IMG/VR virus record: IMGVR_UViG_3300028840_001395
Coordinates: 248,001 to 312,000 of that record
DNA: 64,000 nt
Direction: 5' to 3' (one strand)
Part shown: piece by piece, positions 36,209 through 46,228 of the stretch
Numbering within the stretch: the stretch's first letter is position 1
Layout of the letters: every line of letters begins with the position of its first letter
Notes under the pieces: model-generated
The model's input: only the letters and a program-made list of their open reading frames with translations
Database searches by the model: none
What the model was told of the DNA's origin: nothing
Position numbers and translations under genes: made by a program

Positions 36209-36865
36209 TCAGTCCTTGGATTCGTCCAGAATGGCGTCCAGATCGAGGCCATCACTCTCGTTCATCGCGGCCTGCATGTCGGGCTGCTGGGGAGGGTCAT
36301 CGAGCAGGTCAGCAGGGAGGTCGGAGGACTCATCGAAGGGGAGTTCGGAAGGGTCTACCACCCGAGGAGGCGTGATGGCATCGCCGGTCTTCATCCGCTT
36401 CTTCTTGGCCTTTCGCTTCGTGGGAGGCTTCGACGCTTTGGCGTCCTGCAAGGCAGCGAAGATCTTGCGCTTGGATCGACCCAGGCCCGAGATGTCCACC
36501 CCGAGCCTCTCGGCCTCGGCCCGGAGTTCCTTGATGGAAGGGAGGTTGGACATCCAGGTGCGCTTCTCCCCAGCCTTCTTCGGCGTGACTTCGAGGAGGA
36601 TGGTGCCATTCGAGTTGACCGTGATGGTGCAGGAACCACCCCGGCCAGCCTCCCGAGCCGCCGCCTCGGCTACGACCCCGGTGAGCGGATTCTCTTCCAG
36701 GTGCTTCTGGCAGCGCCGGATGGAGTCCGCAAGCTCATCCTTCTTGGCCTGGAGATAGGCGTAGAGGGAGCCCCCGCTGTGCGGGTCACGTTCTGCGAGG
36801 AGCGACTGAGCCCATTCCTCTCGGAGGGGCTCCTGGTGAACTTTCTTCGAGTACTTTTTGCCCAT
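36209..36865 (-). CDS. Hypothetical protein with HeH-like segment and acidic tail
   Basis: LPSIKELRAEAERLGV...KRKIFAAL; DLDAILDE tail. Confidence 0.55.
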   Translation of the reverse strand: MGKKYSKKVHQEPLREEWAQSLLAERDPHSGGSLYAYLQAKKDELADSIRRCQKHLEENPLTGVVAEAAAREAGRGGSCTITVNSNGTILLEVTPKKAGEKRTWMSNLPSIKELRAEAERLGVDISGLGRSKRKIFAALQDAKASKPPTKRKAKKKRMKTGDAITPPRVVDPSELPFDESSDLPADLLDDPPQQPDMQAAMNESDGLDLDAILDESKD

Positions 36866-37002
36866 CGGACTCTCCCGAGGCAGTTTGTCCCGAGATGTTT
36901 ACCCTACCACCCACCCCGACGTACCCCCGAAAGTTTCCGGGCGAAACTTTCATAGCCCCCCATGTCGCCTCGTGGGTGTATTATGACCCAGGAGGTCAAC
37001 GC

Positions 37003-37608
37003 ATGAGCCAGTCGAAGAAGGTGCCCCTACAGGACAAGCCCCTGGTGTTCGTGGACGTGGAGACTTCGGGCCTTGACCCGCAAGTACAGGAGATACTTGA
37101 GTTCGCAGCGGTGAGGGATACGGGGGAGAGCATGGTCACCAAGATCAAGCCCAAGCGCATCGAGACCGCCTCGGAGTATGCCCTCAAGCTCAACGGCTAC
37201 AACGAGGATGACTGGGCAGACGCCCCGGAGATGGCGGACATCCTGCCCGAGATCGTGGAATTCCTCAAGGATTCCGTGATTGCGGGACAGAATCCTCGCT
37301 TCGACGCGAGCTTCATCAACGCTGCCAGCAAGGAGCATGGCATCGACCTGAAAGTGGACTACCACGTCATCGACGTGGCCACGTTGACCTACGAGCATCT
37401 CTTCCCGTGTGGAATCGAGAGTCTGTCTCTGAAGAACGTCTGCGAGTTCCTGGGCATCCCGCCGGAGCCCAACGTCCATCGGGCCTTGAACGGCGCTCTG
37501 ACGGCCCGGAGGGTGTATCACATCCTGTTGCGGGCGAACTGCCTGCAGAGGCTACAATGGCGTGTGAGGGGGGCGCTCAGGAAGAGACAGCGAGGAACGA
37601 ACCCCTAG
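37003..37608 (+). CDS. DEDDh 3'-5' exonuclease (DnaQ-like)
   Basis: DVETSG, N.RFD, D, SL, HRAL motifs; GGAGG RBS; final Asp appears replaced (HRALNGA). Confidence 0.85.
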   Translation: MSQSKKVPLQDKPLVFVDVETSGLDPQVQEILEFAAVRDTGESMVTKIKPKRIETASEYALKLNGYNEDDWADAPEMADILPEIVEFLKDSVIAGQNPRFDASFINAASKEHGIDLKVDYHVIDVATLTYEHLFPCGIESLSLKNVCEFLGIPPEPNVHRALNGALTARRVYHILLRANCLQRLQWRVRGALRKRQRGTNP

Positions 37609-38525
37609 ACGGGACCGACTTCCTTGTCCAGTTCGTCCATCATCTTCTCGATAGCACCCATCCCCTTGAGGGCCTTGTCCTTGCTGTTCTTGGCGATACG
37701 GGTGCGCTCCACGAACCCCTTGAGCCACTTCTTCAGGTCACCCGTGAACCCCAGGATGCGCTGCATGATGGAGTTGGTGCCGCCGACAATCCACTCCTTG
37801 ATGGAGACCACGGTGTCCACGAGGCCCGCGTTCTTCATGATGCCCGGCGGGACACTGGCGGTCTTCGCCACGATGTCGATGGCCTGGCCAGCCTTGGAGT
37901 AGTGGGTGCCGTCCTCGATGGCAGCCTCGATCACGGTGAGGATCTGATCGGCCACCTCCTTCTCGAAGGTGTTGAGGATGCGGTTCCGCAGGTCGCCAGC
38001 CTTGCCCGACTTGATCTCATCGGGAGCCGCCATGAGCTGCTTGGAGCCAGGGCGCTTGCGCTGGAGGACGACCCGGAACTTCAGGAGATACTTCTCCAGT
38101 TCCATCATGTAGTTGGTCTTCTCCGCCAGATTCCCACCGGCTTCCTTGATCTTGGCGAGGCCTGCCTTCTCCTCCTTCTCAAGCTGCTTGATCCGCTTGT
38201 AGTCGTCTCCGACACGGGCGAGGATGGTCTCGGACTCCTGCCGGATCGCTGTGAGGCTATCCAGGAGGGCCACCAACTGGCTGTTGCTCATCGGTGGCAG
38301 AGCCTTGATCTCCACGGTCGGGTTCTTCTTCGCCGCCGTCTTGGAGGTCTCGGTCGCCATCACCTCACGGTGGGTGGCGATGGCCTCAGCCAGACCCGCC
38401 CGCTGCTCGGAGGACAGCTTGTGGGCCTTCTTCTTGAGGACGGGAAGCAGCTTCTTCCGCAAGCCCGGATTCTCGTAGGCCTTGCGGACGAGCTTGCTCC
38501 GTAGGGACTTTGCGGAAGCGCTCAT
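37605..38525 (-). CDS. Putative virion/internal coiled-coil protein
   Basis: LRSKLVRKAYENPGLRKKLLPVL leader; KTAA/KTAS/KNAG sites; class II promoter. Confidence 0.6.
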   Translation of the reverse strand: MSASAKSLRSKLVRKAYENPGLRKKLLPVLKKKAHKLSSEQRAGLAEAIATHREVMATETSKTAAKKNPTVEIKALPPMSNSQLVALLDSLTAIRQESETILARVGDDYKRIKQLEKEEKAGLAKIKEAGGNLAEKTNYMMELEKYLLKFRVVLQRKRPGSKQLMAAPDEIKSGKAGDLRNRILNTFEKEVADQILTVIEAAIEDGTHYSKAGQAIDIVAKTASVPPGIMKNAGLVDTVVSIKEWIVGGTNSIMQRILGFTGDLKKWLKGFVERTRIAKNSKDKALKGMGAIEKMMDELDKEVGPV

Positions 38526-38580
38526 TTTCTTCTCCTCGGGTTAAGGGCGACTCACCCTACCTATTCGTAAATGGCAGCAC

Positions 38581-38596
38581 TATAGAAGGGCTATTG
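38581..38596 (-). promoter_or_regulatory. Class II promoter CAATAG-N6-TATA
   Basis: Motif copy upstream of 38525. Confidence 0.6.
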
Positions 38597-38838
38597 AGAA
38601 TCAGGCCGTCCCTGCAATGCAGCCTTCTCCCTACGCATTTCTTCGGTCATCTCTTCAGTGAGCAGCCTGACCTGGACTCCAAGGTCGGTCAGACCCTTGA
38701 AATATGCCTGTGCGATGGCCTCCGAAGCGACGATCTTCCAGAACAACTGACCGTGACCGGGATAGTCGAGGGAGGGGTTGTCCGGCAGACCAACCGATAT
38801 CTGCGGCCCGGACGTGATGTGAAACGTCCAGACCTGCT

Positions 38839-39189
38839 TCAGGCCGAGATCTTGAACGTCTTGTCTGCCGCTTCCTGCCACTTGAGCATTGCCTCCACCC
38901 GCTTCTCCCCCTCCCATCCCACGAAGCTCGTCGTGAAATGGGTGTTATCAGGGAGGAACACGGGTTCTGTGGCGGCACAGACAGACATCCGCCCACCGCC
39001 AGAAAAGATTGCCGTGCGGCCCGAGAACTTCGCCTTGTCAGGGAGTGCCGCCGCGATGTAGCGGGAACACTCCGCCGAGACCTTCGTTGAAGGACAGACG
39101 ATGACCACCCACTCGCTGGACGCCTGGACATACTTGAGGATCTTCTGGAGCACGAAGGAGCGATTCAGGAACTTGAGGTCGATCACCAT
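38839..39189 (-). CDS. Hypothetical protein
   Basis: GGAGG RBS, 116 aa. Confidence 0.55.
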   Translation of the reverse strand: MVIDLKFLNRSFVLQKILKYVQASSEWVVIVCPSTKVSAECSRYIAAALPDKAKFSGRTAIFSGGGRMSVCAATEPVFLPDNTHFTTSFVGWEGEKRVEAMLKWQEAADKTFKISA

Positions 39190-39207
39190 CGAGCACCTCC
39201 CCTACTA

Positions 39208-40350
39208 CTACCCTATCTCGGGAAGAAGTCGAGCCGCCCACCCCACCCGGCGGTCAGGCAATCGATCCACGGTGTTCACTTCCAGAATAATCCCGCTAGG
39301 ATAACCTGTGGGAAGCTCCTTAGCCAGATGGATAGCCAGAGCCTTTGCCGCCATGTCGATCAAGGAGAAGGACACCTGGGTCGAACCAGGCCCAGAAAGC
39401 TGGACTGTCCACTCATGGTGGGCCAGGATGTCCGGGGCAGCCCGCTTCTTGTCGTAGTCCCGCTCGGTGACGGAAATGCCCTTCTTCTCTAGCTCCTGGA
39501 CGACGATCTCCCGAACTGTCACCACCGCTGTCCGGCGTCCATGCGAGGTGGAGAGGAACTTCCAGGCATTCTCCCGCTTCTCCTTGTCCATCATCTTGAG
39601 CAGGGTGGCCCCTCGGACTCGGCTGACCTTGACGGGCTTCGGAAGCTCACGCCGTCTGTAGCTGGGATGGTCGGTCTCGGGCGACCCATGAAGGAGTGCT
39701 CCAATCGGAGCCCCCTCTGCGGCCTTGGCGACAGTTGTGGCGTGCTTCTTCACCAGGGACAAGTCCTCATCGCTGGCATTGATGGGTTCGAGAGCCGGAC
39801 GGCGTTCCTGACCTTCCTCGTCCCCTCCGGCTACGTCGGAGATGACCTTCCGGCGCTCGTCCTCATGGGCATCGATTTCCTCCCGCACCCTCTTGGAAGC
39901 GGTTTCCATCTGCTTGCCGATGAGGGCCGGGTTCCGGGCCTTGGTGTCCACAGGGACAGAGGGAGCCACACCCTCAGCCAGTGGCCCTGTCCGTAGCTCG
40001 GGCATGTCGCCGTCGAACTGGGCTCGCTCGATGAGGTAGGACTCGAAGAACGGGTTGAGCTGTGGGAGGCCGTTCGGCTTGAGTTGAACGAGCCACTCCG
40101 CACGGGGATCCTCGGCCAGATTCACGGCACACTCACCCGCAGCGGGGACCATCGTGGTGTGAGCCGCTTGGAGAAGCCGTTGCTCCAGTTCGGGGTCGTT
40201 CTTGATCACCTCGGCCATCTTGGTCAGCGCATCAAGTTCGGTGAGTTCACCAGCCTTGGCCCTGTCCAGAATCTCGCCTATCTTGGGGGACTCATTGACC
40301 ACCTTCCCCAGCAGAACCGAGAGTGCCTGATACGTCTGGTCGTCCATCAC
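39208..40350 (-). CDS. Hypothetical protein
   Basis: 380-aa ORF, operon-coupled. Confidence 0.65.
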   Translation of the reverse strand: MMDDQTYQALSVLLGKVVNESPKIGEILDRAKAGELTELDALTKMAEVIKNDPELEQRLLQAAHTTMVPAAGECAVNLAEDPRAEWLVQLKPNGLPQLNPFFESYLIERAQFDGDMPELRTGPLAEGVAPSVPVDTKARNPALIGKQMETASKRVREEIDAHEDERRKVISDVAGGDEEGQERRPALEPINASDEDLSLVKKHATTVAKAAEGAPIGALLHGSPETDHPSYRRRELPKPVKVSRVRGATLLKMMDKEKRENAWKFLSTSHGRRTAVVTVREIVVQELEKKGISVTERDYDKKRAAPDILAHHEWTVQLSGPGSTQVSFSLIDMAAKALAIHLAKELPTGYPSGIILEVNTVDRLPDRRVGWAARLLPEIG

Positions 40351-41099
40351 TTCTTCCCCTTCGTAGGGGCCTCGCTCATCCTGATGGTTGCCCCAGGCTG
40401 CACCTTGCGCTCACGGGGCTTTGGCGTCCAGTCATCCTCGGATGGAGCCGGAGTCGAGGATGCCGGAGGCGGAGGCCCCCCGCCGACCATGAGGCCCTCT
40501 GCCGGGGCCGGGGTATTTCCCATCGGGTAGAGCTGAGGGGGTTCCGCTGGAGCGGGCGCTGGCTCGGGTTCGGGCTCCTCACAGTGAGCGTTCTCATCCC
40601 CCATGATCTTCTCGGTTTCCTCGATGAACTCCTGGGTGTCGGCCTCACGGGCGTCCGGCAGGGTGGGTTCCTTCTTGCCTTTGCTCCGGGCCAACTGGCG
40701 CACCGCATCGTCCACCCCGTCTGTGATGGACACCGCACTGCTCTCGACCTTGCCGTCCACGATGGGGACTTCGGGGACTTCCCAGTCTCCGCGCTTGTTG
40801 GCTATCTCCAGCTTCATCGCCTCGCGGAATCTGTCCGCGAAGTCCACCACATCGGCGTACTTGGGGAGCCGTCCATCAGCGAACTGGGGGTTGAAGAATC
40901 GTTCGGGCTGGGTCGCTACACGGGCACCGAACTTGTCCTCGACCCACTTGGCGTGGATGCAGTTGGAGTTGCGACACCGGAGACAGAACGTGTCCTGGAA
41001 CGCCTTGTAATCCCGATCAGCACCTGGAGCTGACAGGTCAGAGATGCACTCTTCAAGGAGATCAGTGCCGCCCACTGGGGGTTCCTCTCTTGACATCAC
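40347..41099 (-). CDS. Hypothetical protein (Cys cluster, Pro-rich C-terminus)
   Basis: C...CLRCRNSNC. Confidence 0.6.
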   Translation of the reverse strand: MMSREEPPVGGTDLLEECISDLSAPGADRDYKAFQDTFCLRCRNSNCIHAKWVEDKFGARVATQPERFFNPQFADGRLPKYADVVDFADRFREAMKLEIANKRGDWEVPEVPIVDGKVESSAVSITDGVDDAVRQLARSKGKKEPTLPDAREADTQEFIEETEKIMGDENAHCEEPEPEPAPAPAEPPQLYPMGNTPAPAEGLMVGGGPPPPASSTPAPSEDDWTPKPRERKVQPGATIRMSEAPTKGKK

Positions 41100-41472
41100 C
41101 CTGGTGGATGGAACGATGCCCCGACCGGCCTCGGTGAGATATCATGTCCAGCGTCGGGATGTCGGTCGTGGGGATGACCCTCTTGTCGTCCAGCGAGATC
41201 ATGCTGGGGACTCCCTCCCTCGTCTCCAGCTTCCCGGCGTGCTCGCACTGGAGACACACCTCGGGGGTCATCTCCATCTGGCCGCAGACCCGCTTCCAGA
41301 CCTCATACTGCTGGAAGCCGGTCTGGCCCAGCACCTGACGCATCTGAACGTCATCGGGGTCGAGATTCTGGGCCTTCGCCTTCTCCGCCAGGGCTGCCGG
41401 GAAATCGCGCCAGTGGAAGCAGACGAGAACGATGCCCTCGCCCCTGTGTTCAGCTTTGATCGGTCTGAGCAT
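41062..41472 (-). CDS. Hypothetical protein
   Basis: AAGGAG RBS; Cys motifs. Confidence 0.5.
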   Translation of the reverse strand: MLRPIKAEHRGEGIVLVCFHWRDFPAALAEKAKAQNLDPDDVQMRQVLGQTGFQQYEVWKRVCGQMEMTPEVCLQCEHAGKLETREGVPSMISLDDKRVIPTTDIPTLDMISHRGRSGHRSIHQGDVKRGTPSGRH

Positions 41473-41908
41473 CGTCTATCTCCTTGATTCTGGCGCTCAC
41501 GTCATGCAGCCGCTGCACCAGCCGCTCCTTCTTGGCATTCAAGACCTTGACGACTTCCTTCTGGCCCTCGGCTTCCTTGAGCGCCATGTCGATCTCATAC
41601 ATCTCTGGAATGATACCGTCCAACTCGACCCGGAGCTTGGCCCGTCGAAGCATCTTGTCGGTGACCACCCCAGCATCGCACAGCTCCTCCACCACCATCT
41701 CGGTGATGAGCACCTTCCTCTCCAGACGATTATAGTCCCTCACCAACCGTTGCACCAGGTTGTTCCGCATGGGGCAGCGTTCGGCGTTACAGGGGTCTGC
41801 AGGGCAGTCAAGGGGATCCCCGGAGCAGTTTCCTGCCGTGTCGAGGTCTATTCCAACCGCACCTTCGAGGATGCGGAGGCGGCGCTCGATGTCCTCGTCA
41901 GAGTCCAC
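41450..41908 (-). CDS. Hypothetical coiled-coil protein
   Basis: Coupled to the polymerase stop. Confidence 0.55.
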   Translation of the reverse strand: MDSDEDIERRLRILEGAVGIDLDTAGNCSGDPLDCPADPCNAERCPMRNNLVQRLVRDYNRLERKVLITEMVVEELCDAGVVTDKMLRRAKLRVELDGIIPEMYEIDMALKEAEGQKEVVKVLNAKKERLVQRLHDVSARIKEIDDAQTDQS

Positions 41909-44726
41909 GTTCCTGCGCCAGATAGTAGAACTGCTGGTGACTCACCAGAACCTCGTCCACCTTGGCTTCCCGCATCCACCCATCGAGAGAGACCCCATCC
42001 CGAGACTTGAGCCGGAGCTTCCGGGTGCCACCATTCCGACAGAGATGGATGACCTCTGCGAGCTTGATCACGGTGTCCATCACGAGCGGGGCCGAGAGCT
42101 TGTAAGTGAACTCATCACCGACCGGAACTTCGGGAGCCTGGGCTCCAATGGCCTGGGGCGTGGGAGGCGGCTCACTCCCCTCTGAGGGAGGGGAAGATGG
42201 AGGCGCGGGGGTCGGACCAGAGGGGGGGGAGCCCTGGCCCGAAACAACACCCCGCGCCTCCGGGAACAACTTGATCAACTCCTCGGGCCAGGAGGGAAGA
42301 GCGTCCCAGTCCTCGCCTTCGGGCAGGTCGTCGGGCTTGTAGTACTTCTTGTTGCCGACGAAGCGCACTTCCTTGAAGCGCATCGCGTTGAGATCCCACG
42401 GCACCGTCCAGTTGCGGCCCATCTCCACGTCGCAGGTGAACGGGATGGGCCAGTTCATCTTCATGATGAAGCTGTTGCTGGTCATCAGGGGCAGGATGAC
42501 CTCGATGGCCTCCGCGAGGATGTCGCCGTCGATCTCGAAGACCAGCTCGTCGTGCATGGTGGCTATCAACATGCACTTGTCCAACCAGCCCCGCTCCTTC
42601 ATCGCCTTGTACACCAGCACCATAGCGATCTTCATCATGTCAGCGCCCGTCCCCTGAATGGGGCCGTTGACGCTGTTCCGCTCGGCCTTCGACCGGAACC
42701 CGCCGTCCGCATGAGTGATGTCCGGCACCGGATACTTGCGGTTGAAGGCCGTCCGCACGAAGCCGTGCTGCCGACCGAAGTTGTGCTGGTATGCCCACCA
42801 GTTTCGCAGACCCCCGTAGGTACGGTCGAACTGCCGCTTGATGCGCCAGCCCTCCTGCTTGTCCACGCCCGTCGAGCGCGACACCGCCGACCCGCCACCA
42901 CCGTAGGACAGCGCGAAGTTGGTGCCCTTGGCGTTGCCTCGCAGCGCCTTCCAATCGACCTTCTCCTGGGCCTCGGCCCCGTACAGCTCGATGCCCGTCA
43001 ACGTGTGCAGGTCACCGATCTTGTCAGACCCGCAGTTGGGGCACCGGGGCGGGGGCGGCTCGGGCGTCGTCTTGCCGTCGCCCTTCGGGAACGTCCGGTC
43101 GCAGGAGGCACAGTGGAAGAACTCTGCCATCCACTTCGGCTCGCGGGACAGGTTGGTGATGAGTCGAAGCTCCTCACCCGCGTAGTCGATGGCGACAATG
43201 TAGGCGTTCTCCCGGCGAGGCGTGATGCACTCCCGCAGGCGGTTCATGCAGGCCGGGCGCTTGGGGTTATACGTCGAAGGGATGGACTGGAGGTTGACCT
43301 GCGGGAAGCCGATGAGCTTGCCACGGGCGGCGTCCTTGGCCGGAGTCGAGAAGCGCCCCGTGTCCGTCCCGTCCTGCCGGAAGTTGATTCGCATGGTGCT
43401 GTCACTGGGGTCAACGTCGAGAAGCATCGGGAACAGGTAGGACGACAGGGCCTTGTTCACCTCGCGGAATCGCTTGATCTTGCCCATGAAGGGGAACTTC
43501 TGTCCGGCCACCTCCACGATACGGTCAAGCTCGGCCTTCGAGGTCTGTACCTGCCCGGACTTCTCCGTCCGCTTGAGCCCAGGCACGCCCATCTCATCGA
43601 ACATCTTGCCAAGCTGCTGAGGCGCGTTCACGTCGTAGATTGCAGGCCACTTCTTCCCGTCCGTCTCGACCTGGGAGAGTGGGTCAGGATGGGTGGACTT
43701 CGCCTTGGCCTTGGCATCATCGATCTGTTGGGGCAAGAGGTAGTCGAAGTTGTCGCCCTCGAAAGCAGCCCTGAGCACCTTGTAGGCTCCGGGCATGATA
43801 TCTCGGCCCAGGATCTTCGATGCCTCGTCGTACACCTCCATGATGGACTCGAACCACTCGTCCTGGCCCAGCCGGACAAGCTCCTTCACCTTGTCCATGT
43901 CCACATGCAGGCGACACCGCTCCATCCAGCGAATCGCGGCGACAGCGGACTTCTCGATGACGTAGATTCCCTTCTGGGTCTTGCCGTCCGAGGCCGCGTC
44001 CAGCACCGAACCGAGGAAGTGGCCGTAGAGCAGGAAGGTGAAGATGCCGTCACCCCCGCCGTACCAGAGCACGGCCTGGTCGGTCGGGTCGAGCACAGAG
44101 AAGTCCCACGGCCCCTTGTGGTCTTCAGGGAACAGCTCCTTCAGTTCCACCTGGTCGAAACCAAGCTCCTTCTCGGTCAGGAACTTGAGTTGCTTGTTCC
44201 GGCGGCGCGAGTCCGCGAGATAGGCCAGGAGCATCGTGTCCTCCCAGCAACTCGCCCTGTCCCACTCAAGGAACGGCTCGCCACCGGGGAACTGGAGGAA
44301 CTCCTGGTCGAACTTGCCGTGGTGGAAGATGGCTCGGGTCTTGCCGTCGTCGGTGGCCTTCATCAGACGACGGAACTCGGCCTCGAAGACCGTCCACGGG
44401 ACGTTGCACTCCCGGAGCACCCGACTGCCGTCCGCCTTGATCTCGACGTGCCGGACAGGGACGTAGTAGCCCCTCACACCGTCCGGGGACAGGCAGACTC
44501 CAGCGATCTTGTCCTTGGTGTGGCCGTTGGGCTCGACCCGGTTGTCGAGGCCCGAGGTCTCCAGGTCGAGCGCATAGAGACCGGACTCGATACAGGCGTC
44601 GATACACTCTGCGATGTTCTCTTCTGTGACAAGGATGAACTCCTTGTCGTCCATCCATTCCCGCTTGCGGACTGTGGGGCTTTGAGCCTCATCGAGGAAG
44701 TCGAACAGATCAGCGCCATCACCCAT
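41898..44726 (-). CDS. polA: DNA polymerase family A with 3'-5' exonuclease
   Basis: ExoI DLETSG, ExoII KFD, TDTGRFS, NLQSIP, motif A DYAGEELR, motif B RGNAKGTNFALSYG, IQGTGAD, motif C MHDELV; start 44726 after AGGAGG. Confidence 0.95.
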   Translation of the reverse strand: MGDGADLFDFLDEAQSPTVRKREWMDDKEFILVTEENIAECIDACIESGLYALDLETSGLDNRVEPNGHTKDKIAGVCLSPDGVRGYYVPVRHVEIKADGSRVLRECNVPWTVFEAEFRRLMKATDDGKTRAIFHHGKFDQEFLQFPGGEPFLEWDRASCWEDTMLLAYLADSRRRNKQLKFLTEKELGFDQVELKELFPEDHKGPWDFSVLDPTDQAVLWYGGGDGIFTFLLYGHFLGSVLDAASDGKTQKGIYVIEKSAVAAIRWMERCRLHVDMDKVKELVRLGQDEWFESIMEVYDEASKILGRDIMPGAYKVLRAAFEGDNFDYLLPQQIDDAKAKAKSTHPDPLSQVETDGKKWPAIYDVNAPQQLGKMFDEMGVPGLKRTEKSGQVQTSKAELDRIVEVAGQKFPFMGKIKRFREVNKALSSYLFPMLLDVDPSDSTMRINFRQDGTDTGRFSTPAKDAARGKLIGFPQVNLQSIPSTYNPKRPACMNRLRECITPRRENAYIVAIDYAGEELRLITNLSREPKWMAEFFHCASCDRTFPKGDGKTTPEPPPPRCPNCGSDKIGDLHTLTGIELYGAEAQEKVDWKALRGNAKGTNFALSYGGGGSAVSRSTGVDKQEGWRIKRQFDRTYGGLRNWWAYQHNFGRQHGFVRTAFNRKYPVPDITHADGGFRSKAERNSVNGPIQGTGADMMKIAMVLVYKAMKERGWLDKCMLIATMHDELVFEIDGDILAEAIEVILPLMTSNSFIMKMNWPIPFTCDVEMGRNWTVPWDLNAMRFKEVRFVGNKKYYKPDDLPEGEDWDALPSWPEELIKLFPEARGVVSGQGSPPSGPTPAPPSSPPSEGSEPPPTPQAIGAQAPEVPVGDEFTYKLSAPLVMDTVIKLAEVIHLCRNGGTRKLRLKSRDGVSLDGWMREAKVDEVLVSHQQFYYLAQERGL

Positions 44727-44755
44727 GCCATGCACCTCCTCTTATCTATACCCCC

Positions 44756-45199
44756 TCAGAGGGAGAACTCGGCCCCCTTTGAGATGACCACATAGCGGTC
44801 ATCTCGCCAGGCCAAAGCGACCAGGGCGGCAGCGGCCTGGGCTTCCTTGGAGGGCAGGTTGGGAGGCACGTAGCAGTCCGGCATTTTCTTGCAGGGGTGG
44901 CAGTCCTTCTCCACGAACATGATGCAGTCCTTGTGCTCTGCACACTTCCGGTAGGGGTCAGGCACCATCTTGAGCAGAGCATCCGGAGGAGGGCCAATGA
45001 CCCGGATGAGAGGGTCCGCATGACCGTGGGCCGCATGAGACAGAACCAGGCCGGACACGACCGGGAGGAGGTCACCCCAGACGGTGTCCCGAAGAGGGGC
45101 GAGGTGACCCCAGTATTCGTCGCCCAGTGGTAGCGGTCGAGCCAACAGCACCTCTCCCCAATGCTGGGTTGAGAGGGTGAAGCGAACCAGATCAATCAT
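44756..45199 (-). CDS. Cys-rich hypothetical protein
   Basis: C..HKDC...CHPC....C. Confidence 0.55.
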   Translation of the reverse strand: MIDLVRFTLSTQHWGEVLLARPLPLGDEYWGHLAPLRDTVWGDLLPVVSGLVLSHAAHGHADPLIRVIGPPPDALLKMVPDPYRKCAEHKDCIMFVEKDCHPCKKMPDCYVPPNLPSKEAQAAAALVALAWRDDRYVVISKGAEFSL

Positions 45200-45800
45200 G
45201 GTCGCCTCTCAGAGCTTCCATAATCCTGGTTTTGATACCCAGAATAGCGGCCCTGGCTCGTACCTCGGGGATAAGTTCCTGGCCCACCAGATACACCAGC
45301 TTGTCCAATCCCTCCCAGAAAGCCGTGACTTCCTCCATAGATAGGTCTCGATCTCCGGTCACCGCCTCCAAAAGTGTCGCCAGGATGATCTTGTCGTCCT
45401 CGAAGGTCTTGTCGGGGTCGAGATGCTCCCGAATCTGCTCCCCCTGTGACTTCTCACGAGGAGTGTAATCCCCGGCTTCCCAGGGCAGCGGAGCAAGGTT
45501 GTATTTCTCTTCCAACCACTGGATGGCCTCGATGAATCCGAGGCCCTTGATCTCGCGGACAGTCTCGATGGTGTCCCGCATCTTGTCGCAACCGAAGCAG
45601 TACCAGGTGTTGTCGGGATAGACACGGGCGGAGGGCTTGTTGTCCTGACCGTCGCCGTGAAGGTTGCAGGGGAACTGCTGCTCCCGGTCTCCGGCCTCTG
45701 GTCGAACAAGGTAGCCGAAGTCGAACAGGAGTTGGGTGACGCTCACGTCGGCCTTCACTCGGTCGGCTCGGCGTCGTGTGCGGGAGGGCGGAGCAGCCAT
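45192..45800 (-). CDS. Stand-alone DnaG-type CHC2 zinc-finger (primase ZBD) protein
   Basis: CNLH...DNKPSA.VY....WYCFGC....D.I; no TOPRIM domain. Confidence 0.75.
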   Translation of the reverse strand: MAAPPSRTRRRADRVKADVSVTQLLFDFGYLVRPEAGDREQQFPCNLHGDGQDNKPSARVYPDNTWYCFGCDKMRDTIETVREIKGLGFIEAIQWLEEKYNLAPLPWEAGDYTPREKSQGEQIREHLDPDKTFEDDKIILATLLEAVTGDRDLSMEEVTAFWEGLDKLVYLVGQELIPEVRARAAILGIKTRIMEALRGDHD

Positions 45801-45824
45801 GCCTCATCCTACCCCATTGTGGGG

Positions 45825-45853
45825 GCTTATTTACCCCCGCCGGGGAGTAGTCT
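45825..45853 (+). promoter_or_regulatory. Class I promoter GCTTAT-N17-TAGTCT
   Basis: Motif copy before the RBS of 45869. Confidence 0.8.
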
Positions 45854-45868
45854 GGGTGAGGAGGGTCA

Positions 45869-46228
45869 ATGGCTACGTTCAAGGTCCGGGTCACCCAGCC
45901 GAAGGAAACCGACTGGGTTGAGGTCGAAGGCGAAGACCTGGTGGCTGCAATCCAGCAGTATCACTTCGACCAGATCGGATTCAACTACCGGCACATCCCG
46001 ACCGTCACCCTCTGGGTCGAGGGCAAAGAGAGGCAGCACTTCACCGAGTTCGAGACCGAGGACGGTCAGAAGCTCATCAGCCGCATCTGCCAGACCGGCA
46101 TCTGGCGCAAGGGTGGTGTCCACGCACCCGGAAGGCCCCGGTCGCTGGCGGACGTGGAGCGCATCTTCGGGGTCGAGGAAGGCCACTTGCAAGGAGAATG
46201 GATCGGAGAAGAGGAGTATCAGAGATGA
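45869..46228 (+). CDS. Hypothetical early protein
   Basis: GAGGAG RBS, class I promoter. Confidence 0.65.
   Translation: MATFKVRVTQPKETDWVEVEGEDLVAAIQQYHFDQIGFNYRHIPTVTLWVEGKERQHFTEFETEDGQKLISRICQTGIWRKGGVHAPGRPRSLADVERIFGVEEGHLQGEWIGEEEYQR

Noticed and set aside
38591-38917. Possible CDS or frameshift partner of 38839..39189
   Set aside because: No clear start codon or homology; cannot distinguish a CTG start from a spurious frame
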